A stretch of 63,898 bases of DNA, counting the filler, from Bigelowiella natans CCMP2755 (Eukaryota > Protista > Cercozoa), in NCBI GenBank assembly GCA_000320545.1. It is 5 parts of 5 records of this genome, joined end to end, with 100 filler letters (N's around TTAATTAATTAA, not from the genome) between each part and the next. Parts side by side here need not be neighbours in the genome. Positions count along the whole stretch, not along the records: positions 28,419 to 48,499 come from ADNK01000504.1; positions 48,600 to 62,752 come from ADNK01001421.1; 3 more parts are not named here. One strand, given 5' to 3'. Numbering within the stretch: position 1 is the stretch's first letter; every line of letters starts with the position of its first letter. A program made the translations under genes and the position numbers. The notes beneath the pieces are model-generated. The model was not told where the DNA came from. It was given only the letters and a program-made list of their open reading frames with translations, and ran no database searches. This document shows positions 39,256 through 53,582 of the stretch, in pieces.

Positions 39256-41915
39256 TCATCTGTAAACATCCCCTCGCGCTATGCACAAACACAATCTCGT
39301 GTGCCCATCTGATGTGCCCTACATGGATGAAGTTCGTGAGGAAACTCGGTGCCTCATTGAAAAACTAAAATGTGTTGTTGAACTACCTCGCAATCATAAT
39401 GAGTGGGACCATCGTTCACGAGGCACTCGTTGCTGAGAAATTATCGTGATATATGTGGAAGCGATTTACTTCTTACATTCTTCATGCACAGAAGCGTATG
39501 AGTGATAAGATAATATGTTTTCACTTACTTCGATGTCGAGAAGGATGGAGCGGACGGATTCTTGGCTGATTTACACCCGCTGTTGCCGCAACTAAAATGA
39601 TTCCTCATCACCTAGAATGAAATGTATCTGTATTAGATAAAAATGTTATACAATATAACCGTCGCCATTAGAAGGACCTCGCAAGAATTTATTTGCGCGA
39701 AGAAGTCTTCGTGGCATGTCATCCCTTCATTAGCGCACGTTGATGCACAATCGGATCTGCAAGTGTCATTGTCATAGTTGTGCAAACATATCATAAACCA
39801 CTTCTTCAAAGTTTTTCGGGACGGAGGCAGATATGTGTGCACATTTTACTCATAGTCTCTCATTGTGCTATCTTGTCTTGTTATCATAAACCCATTTACA
39901 TTACTCTACCACTTCATCTTCACAACTAAGTGTGATTGTCATCATCATCATCATCATCACCATCACCATTCATCATTCAGCGGCAGCAGCAGCAGCTGCA
40001 GCTCATGGATGAAATACCCAGGAGCAGACTTCTTGATTGTTGGGTTGAGAAGGGCCGATGACAATTGTGGCTCATTCTCTCCATCCCAAAAGCAGTGAAT
40101 AAATTTATGTCTGCGATAGAAGTGGTGAAATAAGTACAATGGGTGGCAGGAGGCATACGGATTTTATGGTGCTATGACGATGAAAATTATCTAACGTTTC
40201 GGATTCTGTATCTCACCTATACTTGTTCCCGTGAACTAGCATCTTCGAGGTCACTCGACAACGAGCAGCACACTAAAGGATCAAAACATACAAATTACAA
40301 CACGGGACGACTGGCAGAATCCATGATCATTATAAAATGAGTCAAAGTGCTGTATAGTCTCTATAATTTTATCGCGTATCGTACAGTTCTATGGAACAAC
40401 GAGCGCATGTACTGTTGTGTATCCAATATGAGTGCCGTCGTAAGAACCACAGTATTATCATCACATGATGTAAGTACTCGCTCACTACATGCACGTTCGT
40501 CAACCACCTTATTAAAAATGGCAAATGCTTCAGCGTCACTTTGGCCAAACCCAATCTTGTCTTCATTCAATTCATTAAGGAGGAGGAGGCTGCTACGGTT
40601 GCTCCCTTGTGAGCTATGATTCGTTCGCGTTTCGGTGACAATATTAGCCTCTCGTTGTTCATTTTTACTATTTTCAGTTCTAATAGCCACCTGCTTATGT
40701 TCTCTACTGCAACAACTTACGCAGTACCTAGAAAGATAGTAGTAGAAGACTAATATAATTCTTCATTTCATATGAAGTACATTTATGCATAAAAGTGAAA
40801 GATATATGCTTGGAGCAAATCATTTGATCATATTACTCGTAAGACTCGCAACATTGGAGCTCCTCATGGCACGTGCCACAGCTAATATTCCTAAGTAATT
40901 TTGGAGATATATTTTAGTCACATACGAGCAATCAGTCAGAACCACCAAATGCATGATGACCGGAATCCAAACTATTCAAGAGAATGATTTTCATTCACGT
41001 GCAACAATCCCAAAAACAGAAGGATCCTTAACACACATACTTAAAATCAAGGCATTACAACTACTTTGTGGTATCATCATCATCATCTGCAGAAGCACTG
41101 ACAGATCCCTTGCAACAGCCATCAGCCTTCACGTCTTTGCGGAGGCACACAGCCCCAAAACTATCAGCTACCAACTGTTTACCTATATGATGACGACACA
41201 AGCGATAATAATAACAAAATGAACACGAAAAAGTGACAGCGATGGTGTCTTTGCATATGAAGTCCCAAAGCATGTATAAGTAGCGCTTCAAGTGTGCAAC
41301 AACCAACCTTGCTTTGTGTGCAGGCAACGGGTGGTGGTGTTGCTGCTGGCCCCACTCTTTCCCCGAAACATTCTGAATTCAGTCGCCTGGAACCCACCTT
41401 CCTCAGGTGTGTTCGAAGTCATGGATGATTTGGTTCCCACGATATCCTTCTGGATTTGTGGAAATGGAATGAGCTTGACATAATGATCTCCGTGACGTAA
41501 AAGATAAAACATTGCGAATTATTTTTTGTGATTGGAATCGACTTAAAAATGTGGCTAAGTATCCATCCATTGGGTTTAATTTTATATTATGTGGATATAA
41601 GCATCCATTGACAAATAATATGTTTTTATCGGCCTCATCCAAACTAGCTTGCTAGATCATCCTTCACTGACTCACCCTTGCCATATGTTCTGCCTCCTCG
41701 CCTGAACTAAATCGAAGGGAGATATGAAGAGATACCAAGCTAGCAAACACCAGGAGAACTGTGCCAAAAATAAGGAGCCTGCGCTTTCCAATCCCTCCCC
41801 TCATGCATAAGATCATCATTTTTCTAACGGAGGAAGAGGGGGTAGCAGTGCTACTGTTAACCATCTTGCTCGAAGTACTGCGTACAAACCGACGAACGAG
41901 ATCTGGTCTCCTCAT
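39256..41915 (-). CDS. Type II membrane protein with a GT18/MGAT5-like Cys-rich C-terminal domain (putative glycosyltransferase-related)
   Basis: N-terminal transmembrane segment RRLLIFGTVLLVFASLVSL. The spliced C-terminus SDCASTCANEGMTCHEDFFAQINSCE|VMRNHFSC...APSF|NECLVNDGPTHYDCE|GTSDGHTRLCLC follows the MGAT5 C-terminal Cys pattern (SC..C......CE..FF..N ... C.G.....R.C.C). Confidence 0.55.
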
Positions 41916-42868
41916 CTGAGTGTAGGCCAAAATATTTCAGAGGAAATAAACCATATGCTTTCATCCCAAAATGCTTTCATCCAGAGAATATGGCCTTGAT
42001 CAGGATTAACAGCATAAGATTTCGTTTAAATTACTGAAGTACATACCCCTTTGAGCACGTGTTTTAAGCCGCCGAAAACCCTTCTGATAACGCCTTTATT
42101 ATTGATTCCAGTGGTAGGAGCGGAAGACGACGAATGCGCAGGTGGAGGAGGATGATATTTCTTGGTTAGCAGAAGCATAATGCTATCTGTAACCAGCACT
42201 TGTTTGGCATAGTCCTGGCCGTGATGAGTTCTAATTATGCTTTTTCAGTACGAGGAAGCATCCAGCCTTGCTTGCTTCTAAACTTCTACGGGTAGAAGCC
42301 GATCACCTCAAGGGTCTCTGCTAGCGTCGTTGATGACGACATGGTAGCTGTTCATCATTCATCGAGGGTTGGGAAAGCGGTGGGTGACAACTGGATGATG
42401 ATTTTTCTCAAAAATTAAAAAAAGGTCAACAGCGTTATTGTCGTACCCCTGTGAATGCCATTCGTTTTCTGCTTGGGATGAAAGAACACTTGTATCAAAG
42501 ACAGGTCCTTTGTTGTGGTACGGCATGACACTTTGGATGTCGTTGTAGTAGATTCTCGAAGAAGATGCAAACACACAAATACACAAATTATCTCGATTTG
42601 GAAAGAAGATTATCTACTAGATTTTATAAGGTTTGCTAGTTTGGAAAGGGGGAGGGGGCAGAAGGCCAATATTTAGCTAGGAATCTCAGAGCTGCTGAAC
42701 ATTTTTCTCGGTGGCTATTCTTGGTGGGTAGGGTTGGGATTGTTTTCCGTTGGTCTGTTGAAATAGGTCGAATCGATTTTAATCCATTTATTTGAATAGG
42801 TGGTGGCAAAGCAAAGCTGGCTGGGGAGTGATTAGTCATCTTTGAATATTGGCATCAAATTTCCAAAC

Positions 42869-43762
42869 ATGACATCGGTGAATCTGTATTACCTCGATGA
42901 GAAGCAGGGAGATCCAAAGGAGTTCACCTTCCCTTCTAACGATGATATCGAAAAAGTTATAGTAAACGCCTGTAGCCTCTTCAATGATCAAATAGATCCC
43001 ATGGTTGCAGTCCTACAGCCAGAGGTATGTCAAACATATTGCCATGTATCTTTCAATGTAAGTTAGATTTGTCGCTGTTGTCGTAGTCACCGTTGATGTT
43101 GTTTAAAATGACTCTTCCGTACTACTACTGCAGTCGCACAAGCCCCATAGCTTCGTCATCCATCCCTCCGAGGTGAGGAAGGGGGAAAAAGTATATCTTC
43201 GAGATGCTGGCAAGGTTGCTGAGGAGATAATTGACCATATCACGGAACTTATGTACGGGGACAACGCCCTCAAACTCAAAAGCAAGGTTTCTTCATTTGA
43301 AGCCATCACCCTCTTCTGTAAGTTGTCTTGTTTCTTTGTTAAATCTTTCATTTCTTTTTGTTACTACAGATATTTCGTTTGAAAGAGCTCCTGAAATTAG
43401 ACATATTTGCGGAGGAATTCATTGAACGAGATGGTACGAAAAGAAACAGCAAGAAAATATAGATTATTACATGCCATCAATGATTGTGGGTGATGCAGCG
43501 AGAAGACATTTTTTCTCGTGAGAGATGATCTAAGTTACATACGTATAATTTTTGCACCATATACGTTTGTCCACAGGAATGTCTGTCCTCGTCAACATCG
43601 TGACCAAGAATCAAGAGGCCAACACCGCATCCTATGGTCTACAAGCGCTCTCTAAAACCATGGTTCTTTGTCGTCGTCCTTCTCCATCTTAATAAAGATT
43701 AGTATCACAGTGACAGCGATGTATGATAGTTTGTAGTTATTTCCAAAATTCGCGCCTTAATA

Positions 43763-43805
<43 letters not shown>

Positions 43806-44721
43806 TTGTGATTAGATTTTCTTAAGTGGCCTGGAATATGTCGCGTCTCGACCAGAAGTGATTGAAAAGCTTACGCTGCTCACTTATCACCCAGTAATGA
43901 TGTCGTAAATAATGTGCTAGTAGATGCAGATGATCATGCTGCACGTTCAATCTGATGGTAGTAAGGTGGAGTTGTTTCCCGCCAGCAACTAGAAGAAGCG
44001 CTAGTACCATCCGCCACCTGATATCTTATTGTTGTTGTAGTACCTCAGTAATGTGTGAAAATATCTTTCAATGGTCTCCTCCTCCTCCTTCTCGTTTTCA
44101 TTCCCTTAATTAGCGTATAAACTTGTGCCGAGAAGCCATGGGGCTGATGCTCGTCGTGTGCAAGATCCACCAAGACGGCTTTGGGTTGATTGATTCTGCA
44201 GTGAGAAAGGTAGGTATGTAGATGGGAGGAGGAAACAAGTATGAGGTTGATAATTATATTATTATGCTGCTCGATATGTTGAATCGATTTAAACAACAGT
44301 GAGGTTGATTTCTTGTGGAATGATTTATCGGTCTCATGTGATGTCATATGAGCAAATTAGAGAACTCACTTTCTATCATCATCACCATCATCGTTGGTCG
44401 ATCGATTGGCTGGCAGGTGGATGCTACGAAGTCTATGGAACTCAAAGAGCATCATCCACCTTACTCCCAAATTATAAAGTAGAAACACAGATTCATACTA
44501 CTACACTACTACTACCACTACTACTATAAATGCAGCTTGCTTGTAATGAAGAGACTTCCTTCTTCAACAAACCCTCCAGTTGTCAGTGATTTGTGGGTGA
44601 AAGAGTGATTGGTTATACTACTACTACTACTAGTAGTAGTAGTAGTACTACTACTACTAGTAGTACTACTACCAGTTCTTCATCTATTATAAGGGATGAT
44701 GATAGATGATGGTGATGGTGA

Positions 44722-44756
<35 letters not shown>

Positions 44757-46317
44757 AACAGCAATCCTTCTTGAGAAAGACTTTGTGAGAAGACGAAAAC
44801 AGAAATATTCCAGAAAATCAATTTAGTTATGAGGAGGAGGAGGAGGAGGAGGAGGAGGAGGACCTAGACGAATCACCTACTAGTTTTTCGTCAATACTAT
44901 TGTTGTCGTGCTGACACTATATCGTATCGTCTATTTGTGCTGTGTTTGTGTGTCTCTCTCAAGGCACGTTGAAAATGATGATTTGGACTTGAAGAACAAC
45001 AGTTTGGCCCTTCTCACTGTCATCATAGAAAAGGTTGTTTGGTGCTTTCTGCTGCTGCTGCTGCTGCCATACATGCATACATACATACATACATACATAC
45101 ACACATATGTGGTACCCGCATTCTTGTTCAACTTGTTCCCTTGTCCCCGACATAGTACAAAAGTAGAGGTAGGGAAATGGAGGAGGAGGAGAGACACAGA
45201 GAGTCAAATTTCAACTACTTTTATAGTGGTTCAGCAGTTTAATATGATTTTTACTTGATCATCCCTTTGCAGGGCTACAACAAATGAGACAAGGGTTGAG
45301 CTGTTGCATAGGTACGCCATTCTTCTTCTTCTTCTTCTTCTTCTTCTTCTTCTTCCTTTTCTGCTTTTGTTATTATTACTGCAACACCATTAAGCTGCTA
45401 TTATTGAGGACGAATGATGACATTTGTTTCCACATAAACCGAGCAGCTGGGGCTTCCAAGGACTTCTTGGAGCAGTATCTTCTCAAATGAACAGGTTATC
45501 GTCGTGAGAATAGTTGTAGGAAGGAGAGAAGAAGTAGCACAGCTATTAAAACAATAATCTAATAAACGAAGAAGAAAACGACAAAGAATGAAAAAAATTC
45601 TGAAAGAGAGAACAGAGAAAAAGCAAAAGTAGTAATTGAGAAGGATCTTGTCGCATCATCATCATTATCATCATCATCATCATCATCGTCATCATCGTCA
45701 TCGGTAGTTCCAAAAACAACTACTCTACTCTATTGATTGATCCACGGTGGATCATCGGATTAAGTAATTGATCACGTCCATCATCCATAATTTCATCATC
45801 AGAGTTCATCAAGCAGAATTTCAAATGCTAGCAACTGGTCTCATGACGATGACGAACGATTTGGTGAGAATCAAATCATGAGTTGTTGTTGGATAGTGTG
45901 ATCTGAGATTATTATAGCACTAATGATAGTAATGATAATAATAAAAGAGCTACTGATAGTCATATAGTAAATGCTCATCATCTAGAAATACAGCTGCTTC
46001 TTATCGCAACGGCCCTCCTACCTATCTTCTTCCCTCCCCCCCTCTAGGGACTTGACCGAAACTATCTGAAAGTGCGCAAGTTACATTATCTCAAAGACAA
46101 GGTGGTAGCTCTTCCTTGATACTATTCATGTTAAGTCACACACCTCCTCCTCCCACTCCCCCTTGTCCTCCATTTGGGGGAAAGAATTCTGCCTTCGTGT
46201 GCTGGCACTTCTTCTTCTTCTTCTTATTACGACGAGTATCTTCTTATAATATATCTTTGACAACACTGCACAGACGGACGCTGAAATGGCAGATCTAAGC
46301 GAATGGTACTACTACTT

Positions 46318-46353
<36 letters not shown>

Positions 46354-46460
46354 CTGCTGCTACTTCACAATCAGTGCTGGTTTAGATATTGAGAGACAGA
46401 AAGATAGAAAGAGAGGGAGAGACAGAGAGGGGGTGGGGGAAGAGACGGAGAAAAAGAAAG

Positions 46461-46508
<48 letters not shown>

Positions 46509-48499
46509 ATTTACTTTCTCTTTCAATGGCGAATGCCGGATTGAGTGATTATCATCATCATTATCTTCTTTTCTACTGCTTATCCTCCTGCTTCCTCCTT
46601 ACAATTTGTTCTCATCATTCTTTCAGTTATTAGTTAACTAATTACTTGTTGTTTCCACATCGTATAATAGGCTGGAGTCATATAGGGAGCATTTGGATTT
46701 TGTCGATGTATGTACAAGCGCACAACAACAACAACAACAACAACAGAAAGTTTGGTGGTGGATCTGATAATGAATTAATGATTTAATGAAAATCAATGAA
46801 TAATGGAGAACGACGTGTATCATTGTGTGTACTACCAGGAATTATTTTCTAACTTAAAACTCTTTCGCGCTGGAATGAGGAAGCTGGTGGAGCGAGGTTA
46901 TGATGACGACGACGACGACGATTGCGAATTATTGATAGTAACTAGATATGTGCCCACCATTTAGAACCAACGGATAAATTGATGATGATGATGATAATGA
47001 TGATGATGATCCATATTATTATTATTCCTACTACTGCTACTACTACTACTACTTCTTCTTCTTACTGCTACTACTTACATCTTCCAGGAGTGCCGATAAA
47101 CGTGGGGTTGACTAGTAGCCGTCACAATCGTTACAAATTCGACATTCATCAGCTCGTTGATCTCTCCACCACCAGGGATAATTTCAAGGAAGACATGCAA
47201 AAGTAGTAGTAGTAGTAGTAGTAGTAGTGGGAGTATCGGCAGACAGTATCTGCAACTACGACCTAGTGCCAGTTATTAGTGCAACCTACTCACTTAATTA
47301 TGAGAGGAATGAATGACGATGGTGAGAGGCATTATCATGATTATCATCATCGTCATCATCGTCTTTATGATGATACTGTCGTGCTTGGTTTCTCACCAGA
47401 TTCTTAGTGTGGATGAAGCAGCATAGTCGCCAGCATGCACTGGTAACCAACAGAATCATAATGATGATGATGATTATTATTATTAGTAGTAGTAGTAAAA
47501 GAATGCTTTCTCATCATATAGAAAGATGGTGGTGAGATGATTGATGATACTGCAAAACTGATTAATCATCATTTTGTCAAGACATCTATGATTATTTGCA
47601 ACAACCGATACATCAGTACATCCAAAGCGAAAAAAAGGGACTCTCAAAAAAGATAATGCAAAATCAGAATTTGGAGATGAAGCTTGAGGTGATAAGGAAA
47701 TGTGTAGGATAATAAAAAGGATGACATTAACGACAATAATAACAGAGATGTGATGATGATGATGATGATGATGATGATAGCGACGTACTAGCATCATTAC
47801 TATCACATATCCCATTAATCTAATGTGATATCACCTGCAATCGTCCCCCCCTCGTCAATCAATGAATGATCTCACAGAAACTAGAGGCCGAGCTGAAGGG
47901 GAAAATCACTGAATACGATGCTCAAGAAGCCAAGGTCATTAACAATATCATACTTTTCAAAAGCAACAACTTACTTGCTCTTATGTAAATATAGTTGGCC
48001 CCTCTGCGGCAGAAGTTCCAAGGGATTGTAAAAAGGTGCTCATTACCACCTCCTCCACCAGCACATTTATTCAATATAGAGCACACACTACTATTACAGT
48101 AACTAGTGGCGATGAGTGGATGAATCAATAATAATGATGATGATTATAACCGAAGTTAGACAGGGGAGAAAGAGGAAGAAGGAATCTAAAACCAACATCA
48201 ATTATTATTATGACTGCTGTATCAATCAATCAATCAAAATACATACATGCATATGTAATACCACCACATCGGAAACCAAGACAGATTGAGGAAGGAAAAC
48301 CAAAATAAAAAAACAATTATCATGAGTTTATCACACTTCTCCTCCTCCTCCTCCTCCTCCTCCTCCTCCTCCTCACATGTATTACAATTTGTGAATTGGG
48401 AGTTGGAAGAATGTAGTGGGCTGCTATCGATCGATCGATCGATGGATGATATACCAACGATAACTTGCTGATCTCACTTCAAAACAAGAAAAATAAAGG
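42869..48499 (+). CDS. ELMO-like armadillo-repeat protein with C-terminal coiled coil (partial, truncated at gap)
   Basis: Spliced LKELLKLDIFAEEFIERD|GMSVLVNIV resembles ELMO D.TFA.EFI..DG...L. Also ANTASYGLQALSKTM and DLDLKNNSLALLTVIIEK. Exons are small and separated by long microsatellite-rich introns. Confidence 0.55.
44616..44672. repeat. Fold-back microsatellite (TAC)5(TAG)5(TAC)4(TAG)2(TAC)3
   Basis: Read directly; alternating blocks are reverse complements of each other. Confidence 0.85.
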
Positions 48500-48599
48500 N
48501 NNNNNNNNNNNNNNNNNNNNNNNNNNNNNNNNNNNNNNNNNNNTTAATTAATTAANNNNNNNNNNNNNNNNNNNNNNNNNNNNNNNNNNNNNNNNNNNN
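48500..48599. other. Artificial assembly spacer
   Basis: N44-TTAATTAATTAA-N44. Confidence 0.97.
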
Positions 48600-49977
48600 G
48601 TATATTTTTAAGTGAAAGCTGTATTTCAATTATTAGTAAAACGATACTTCCTTGATACATAATACTGGAATATATTATATAAAATGGAATAAAACTTACT
48701 AATGCACTCTCACACCCTAGCACTCTCAGAAGAGACACAAAGAAGGAGAAGTAGGAGGGAATAGAGAGGCAATTTGCTTGGGATGTCGTTACCTCCTTTT
48801 GATGTTAGCCCTGGACTCATGATCTTGGATCCCTAAACAAACAAAAACAACAGGATTACTCAGAGAAAGAGAAAGAGAGCGAGAGAGAGAGAGAGAGATC
48901 AAGAAAGCATTTCTTGATTATAACCCAGAGCAGCAGACGAGGAGACAACAAGACAACATGCTGCTTGGGCAATAGCAAAGTATGATGAAAAGTTGGTAGC
49001 ATAATATTTCTTTATTTATAATCCCAATGATGATATTCGATCTGCTCCAAAAATCGTTTGATGTATTTTTTGCCTCTCCACCAGGCTGTTGTTGTGATAG
49101 TAAGTAGTACGCACTTTGAGTACATGGCGAATGGCCCCTTTGTCTACTGTCACAGACGGAAGTAACTCCGGAACTATTTTGCATATGCATTTGATTATTG
49201 ATATCATAGATACATGTTGTTATTATTTGTCATGTCGGTTCTACAAGGATGATGTAATCATAGAGGGAGGGGTACCATGACATATTACTCCTATTCTTTT
49301 TCTTTTTGACAGAAACAGGACATAATCTCAAACAACGCATGTTCGTGAAAACTGACATTTGTGGAGGCAGCGGAGGGTTGGAATTAAAGGCCCTGCGAGT
49401 TGTTTATAACGATAATTGAGTTAACTAGAACGATGATTAAGAATACACCATGATAGTGGTTTCTGGTGCTTTTCATATTCAAGGTGCGAGCTATCTGAAT
49501 GATACACACCATCGCGAATACGCCAAAACCACCAGAATCCCCGGCTTTCGATGCAGGTGACATGCTGGGCGCTGTGTGTGTATTATCAGAGGGAGATTAG
49601 TATTGCATGAATTTGTTAATCAAATTACCAACGTAGTACCATTTTACTAGATAAACAGGCTGTTTTTTGGGGAATATCATATCCATGATATCACCCAGCT
49701 GAGGATACCCCGCCTTGGCCTAATCGTGAATGTATAATTCGTACATGTCAACACATACTCGCCAAGGTTGCTGTAGCAGACCTACCTCTTTTATTATCTT
49801 TCTCGCAACGGAAGCTTTCAATTGTGTATGACTGCGAATATCCGCTGCGATAGATTGTAAATAAAACCACAATCACAGAATGCGTCATCATCTCCTCGAT
49901 AATCATAAGACAGCAGCGAAAGAGAAAGTTCTCCTCCTCTCTTCTTTATAACCTTTTGAACTATCTATCCACACTGA

Positions 49978-50027
<50 letters not shown>

Positions 50028-50249
50028 CTATATATGTATATATTGCTGCTCCATTATTTCTCATATGCTGCTCGACTAAGGTGTATATTATTTCATTATC
50101 GAAGTAGTAAACTGAAAATTGTTAACGCCGGTGGTCGATCATGGTGGATTTGAGTTGTTATAATTTCATGTAGTGTAGATTGAGCCGAAGATTTCAGTCG
50201 TATTCAAATGAATGCTTAGCTCACTCTCCGCATCGAATTTCTTGAACAT
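48600..50249 (-). CDS. MCTS1: MCT-1/Tma20 PUA-domain translation re-initiation factor (5' part, truncated at gap)
   Basis: Starts MFKKFDAE (ATG at 50247-50249). Exons include HTQLKASVARKIIKE, PELLPSVTVDKGAIRHVLK and GSKIMSPGLTSKG. Confidence 0.85.
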
Positions 50250-50846
50250 GGTTCTTGGCTCAGCTCTTTTCCAGCAGCTCGGTGAACTGGTGTTACTGCT
50301 CGTTTAAGTTCTTGTGTCTAGAAGGGGGGGGCGCAGTCTTTTAACAAGTAATCTGCAATTAATACATTCAACAAATTGCAACAATTGAACTTATCAGTCT
50401 TAATACGAAGATAGAATCCTACCATTCGGACCTCGATCCCACCCATTGGCTACTACTGTTTCCCCCTACCCCACCTTCTCTGTTCAACGCACTGCGTAGT
50501 TTCAAATTGTGCAAGTTTGCTGCTATGCCAGTAATATCTGACAATTCTTGCCCAATTGTAAGCATGACGACAATATTAACAACAATATCTATACCGAAAA
50601 CATCGACATAATTTCTTCCTATCCGCGACGACATGAAGTTGATCCGTTGATCCGTTGATCTCATTCCAGGAACTCTCCTCGAGAGCCCCAAGAGATGTTT
50701 TGATAATGCCCTGGAAAATAAGAGCATTTTGTAGTCGATAAAGCATTCCGTGGTCAAACCGCCTGTATCTTCCAACCAATGATTTCCGCATAGTCGAGCA
50801 TAACTCAGCCTTCCCTCCTACACCATACTCTTCCTTCCATAGCGTG

Positions 50847-52761
50847 ATGAAACTTAAAATCAAGACTCTCTCCAAAAAGACGTTAGAAGTTGATTGTGAT
50901 GAAAAAATCACGGTAAGATAATCTTCGTGTGATATGATTGCATGTTATGGTTGGTGCCTTCCAAGATATTCCGTTGTCGCAAATGCTTCGTTCAGCCTTT
51001 CAATCATACATACAAAATTACATTAGATCGAGGAACTAAAGAAACAACTTTCAGAGAAGCATGGCCAGGGCCCAGCAGAGAATATTCACCTTATTTTGAA
51101 GGGTAAAATTCTACCTGCAACGAGAACTGTGGCAGATTTGGGCTTGGATGCCAAAAAATTTATAGTCCTTTACAAGGTATTACACCCACTCAATTCTATT
51201 CGAATTCTACGAGGTATTTCTCAACGTATCTTCCTTTTCTTTTTACATAGAAACCGAGCCGCAAAAAGGTAATAAGAACTTCTAGATCAGAATTTTGTGA
51301 TTACCGATAAATTACCTCACGATTATCATAGGGTGTTCCAGGAGGTCCAGCGAGGACTACTGCTACGGCTCCGGCATCAAATTCCCAGAGGTAGTAGAAT
51401 ATTCTTTTTGTGAATCTACTGCACTGCTAATATCTTTTCATATAGTTCCGGAACTTCACCTGCCACCACTACACCTTCGGCGTCGACGGCGACGACGACT
51501 CCGGCGACTCCGACTCCCACTCCTGCTCCCAGTGCAGCGACCACTGGTACAATTTTTAATGTAATTTCCAAAAGTTCTTCTCACAAACATTTTTTTGTAG
51601 AAAACAAGAGCACTACTACACCTACAAGCAGCTCGAATTCAGATTCGAAGGCCAGTGCTACCGTCAGCAGCGCATCGTCGGATCTTGTCTTGGTAAATAT
51701 CACTCGTAATGATCTATTTCGATACCTAAATTCCAATTAACATATTTGAAAGGGGGAGAAGTACAACGAAACTGTTGTCGGGTTGATGCAAATGACGGGC
51801 AAATCGCACGAACATGTTGTAATGGCACTCCGGGCAAGCTTCAACAATCCAAACAGAGCGGCAGATCTTCTGTTCTCGGTAAACAAATGTGCGAACATGT
51901 TCAGTCAGTATTCTAAAAAATGTTATTGCACCAGGGTGCTTCTATGCAAAGCTTGGCACAGATGGCAGCCCAAATGGGTGGAGGTGGGTCAAGTTCAGGA
52001 GGCTCAAGCGGAGCAAGCGGTGGAGCTAGTGAAGGAAGTTCTAGTGGGGGAGGAAGTGGAGGCGGGGCCGTGAGCCCTCAATTAGCACAAATGCTACAAG
52101 GCCTTCAAAACTCACCACAAGCTGGACAGCTGAGACAGATGTTCCAACAGAACCCCCAGGCTGCCGTACAATTCTTGCAAACAATAGCTCGAGACAATCC
52201 TCAGGTCTACATTTACTCGATTTACCTCGTGTTTTCCTAAATCATAGAAATCTTGCAGTTGATGCAACTCATCGGCCAAAATCGTGAAGCATTCTTGCAA
52301 GCAATTATGGGAGGAGGCGGGGGAGGAGGAAGCTCGACTGCTGGTCCAACTGGTGGGAGCGGTGGCGGACCGGTAGATTCACAAATCAATCTCTTGGAAC
52401 CGTTCTAAACATCCTTAACTGTTTTTATAGCCTGGTACCATGACAGTATCCCTTACTCTAGAGGAGAAGGAGGGACTAGACAACGTAATATATTTTTGAC
52501 CTTCCCTCATGAAAATCCTTTTAATCAATCTAATATCCCCAATATCAGCTTGTTAATATGCTTGGATACTCGAGGGATCAAGTTATAAGAGCATTTCTCA
52601 TCTGCGATAGAAACATTGAATATACTGCAAATTACTTGATGAACAATGAGTCACGTCAAGGTATGGAAGGGGTTGAGTTCACTGATGGTTCAAACGCGGG
52701 GGGTGGTGGTTCGGGAGAAACCGAGGAGAAAAAAGACGAGGAAAGTAAGAAGCCAGAATAG
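50847..52761 (+). CDS. RAD23: UV excision repair / ubiquitin shuttle receptor RAD23 (UBL-UBA-STI1-UBA)
   Basis: UBL: MKLKIKTLSKKTLEVD...LILKGKIL. UBA1: VVMALRASFNNPNRAADLL. XPC-binding/STI1: QLRQMFQQNPQ...NPQ|LMQLIGQNREAFL. UBA2: LGYSRDQVIRAFLICDRNIEYTANYL. Confidence 0.93.
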
Positions 52762-53256
52762 ACAATATCTACATTTAACTATGTGCCGCCCTGAATAGGG
52801 AATCAATTAAGTTTGCAAGCTGAACAAGTTTGCTCTTTCTGATGATGATTTAAGCTGATAGTGATGTTAATAGTTATTGTTATACAAAATAGACAAATAA
52901 TTTGCTAGTTTGTGCTGCTGTTTTGCCGGAAATAATGTGTGCACCAGGCAAAAATGACACCAAACGCACTGTGCCATCTAGGTGTGGCCGCGCATGTGCT
53001 AGCGTGTCGTAGGCTAGCAGGTGTTTGCAATGAGGCTAGCTAGATGGACGCACGACGCAACATCTGATCGACGCATGCAGCTTTGGCATGCCTAGATGCT
53101 AGCATGGCACAATGTAGAGCATGCGCTCAATTGCATGTGAACATGTGAACTGAGCTTGTGTTCATCAATGGCATGGCTCTCTAGCTCTAGCTAGTTCGCG
53201 ATCGGGCTGTCTCCTCGGTGAACGCCAGAACGAACGTGCTAACACAGCGCGTGTCA

Positions 53257-53582
53257 TGTAGCGCGTACCACTACGCGGGCACAAGTCACGTGCGACAACA
53301 AAGGGGTTGTCGCGGATATAGAATATAGATAACGTAGATATTAATACAGCATAGGCACGTGGGTTCCGGCGGGACTCATGGCAGCACACCGGAAGTGTGC
53401 TGCCCCACGTGCGGCGGCATTCGCGAAAGCTTCGCGAATGATTACGCAGTGCACGATTTAATAAAAATATAATCTTTAATAAAAATAAACACAACTCTTC
53501 AAAAGGAAGCAAACGTGCCTTTCCCCCCCCCTGCCTACTTGTGCACGTAGCGCCTCGGCCTGTGAACACCTTACGCGCAACA
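53257..53582 (+). mobile_element. LTR-like repeat, copy 2 (326 bp), followed by a PBS-like TGG and a short gag-position ORF remnant
   Basis: Identical by eye to 37507-37832. Followed by ACCTTTGGCTTCCACACACGGG and ORF 53622-53819 (MSQQLEEQQDFG...). Confidence 0.75.
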
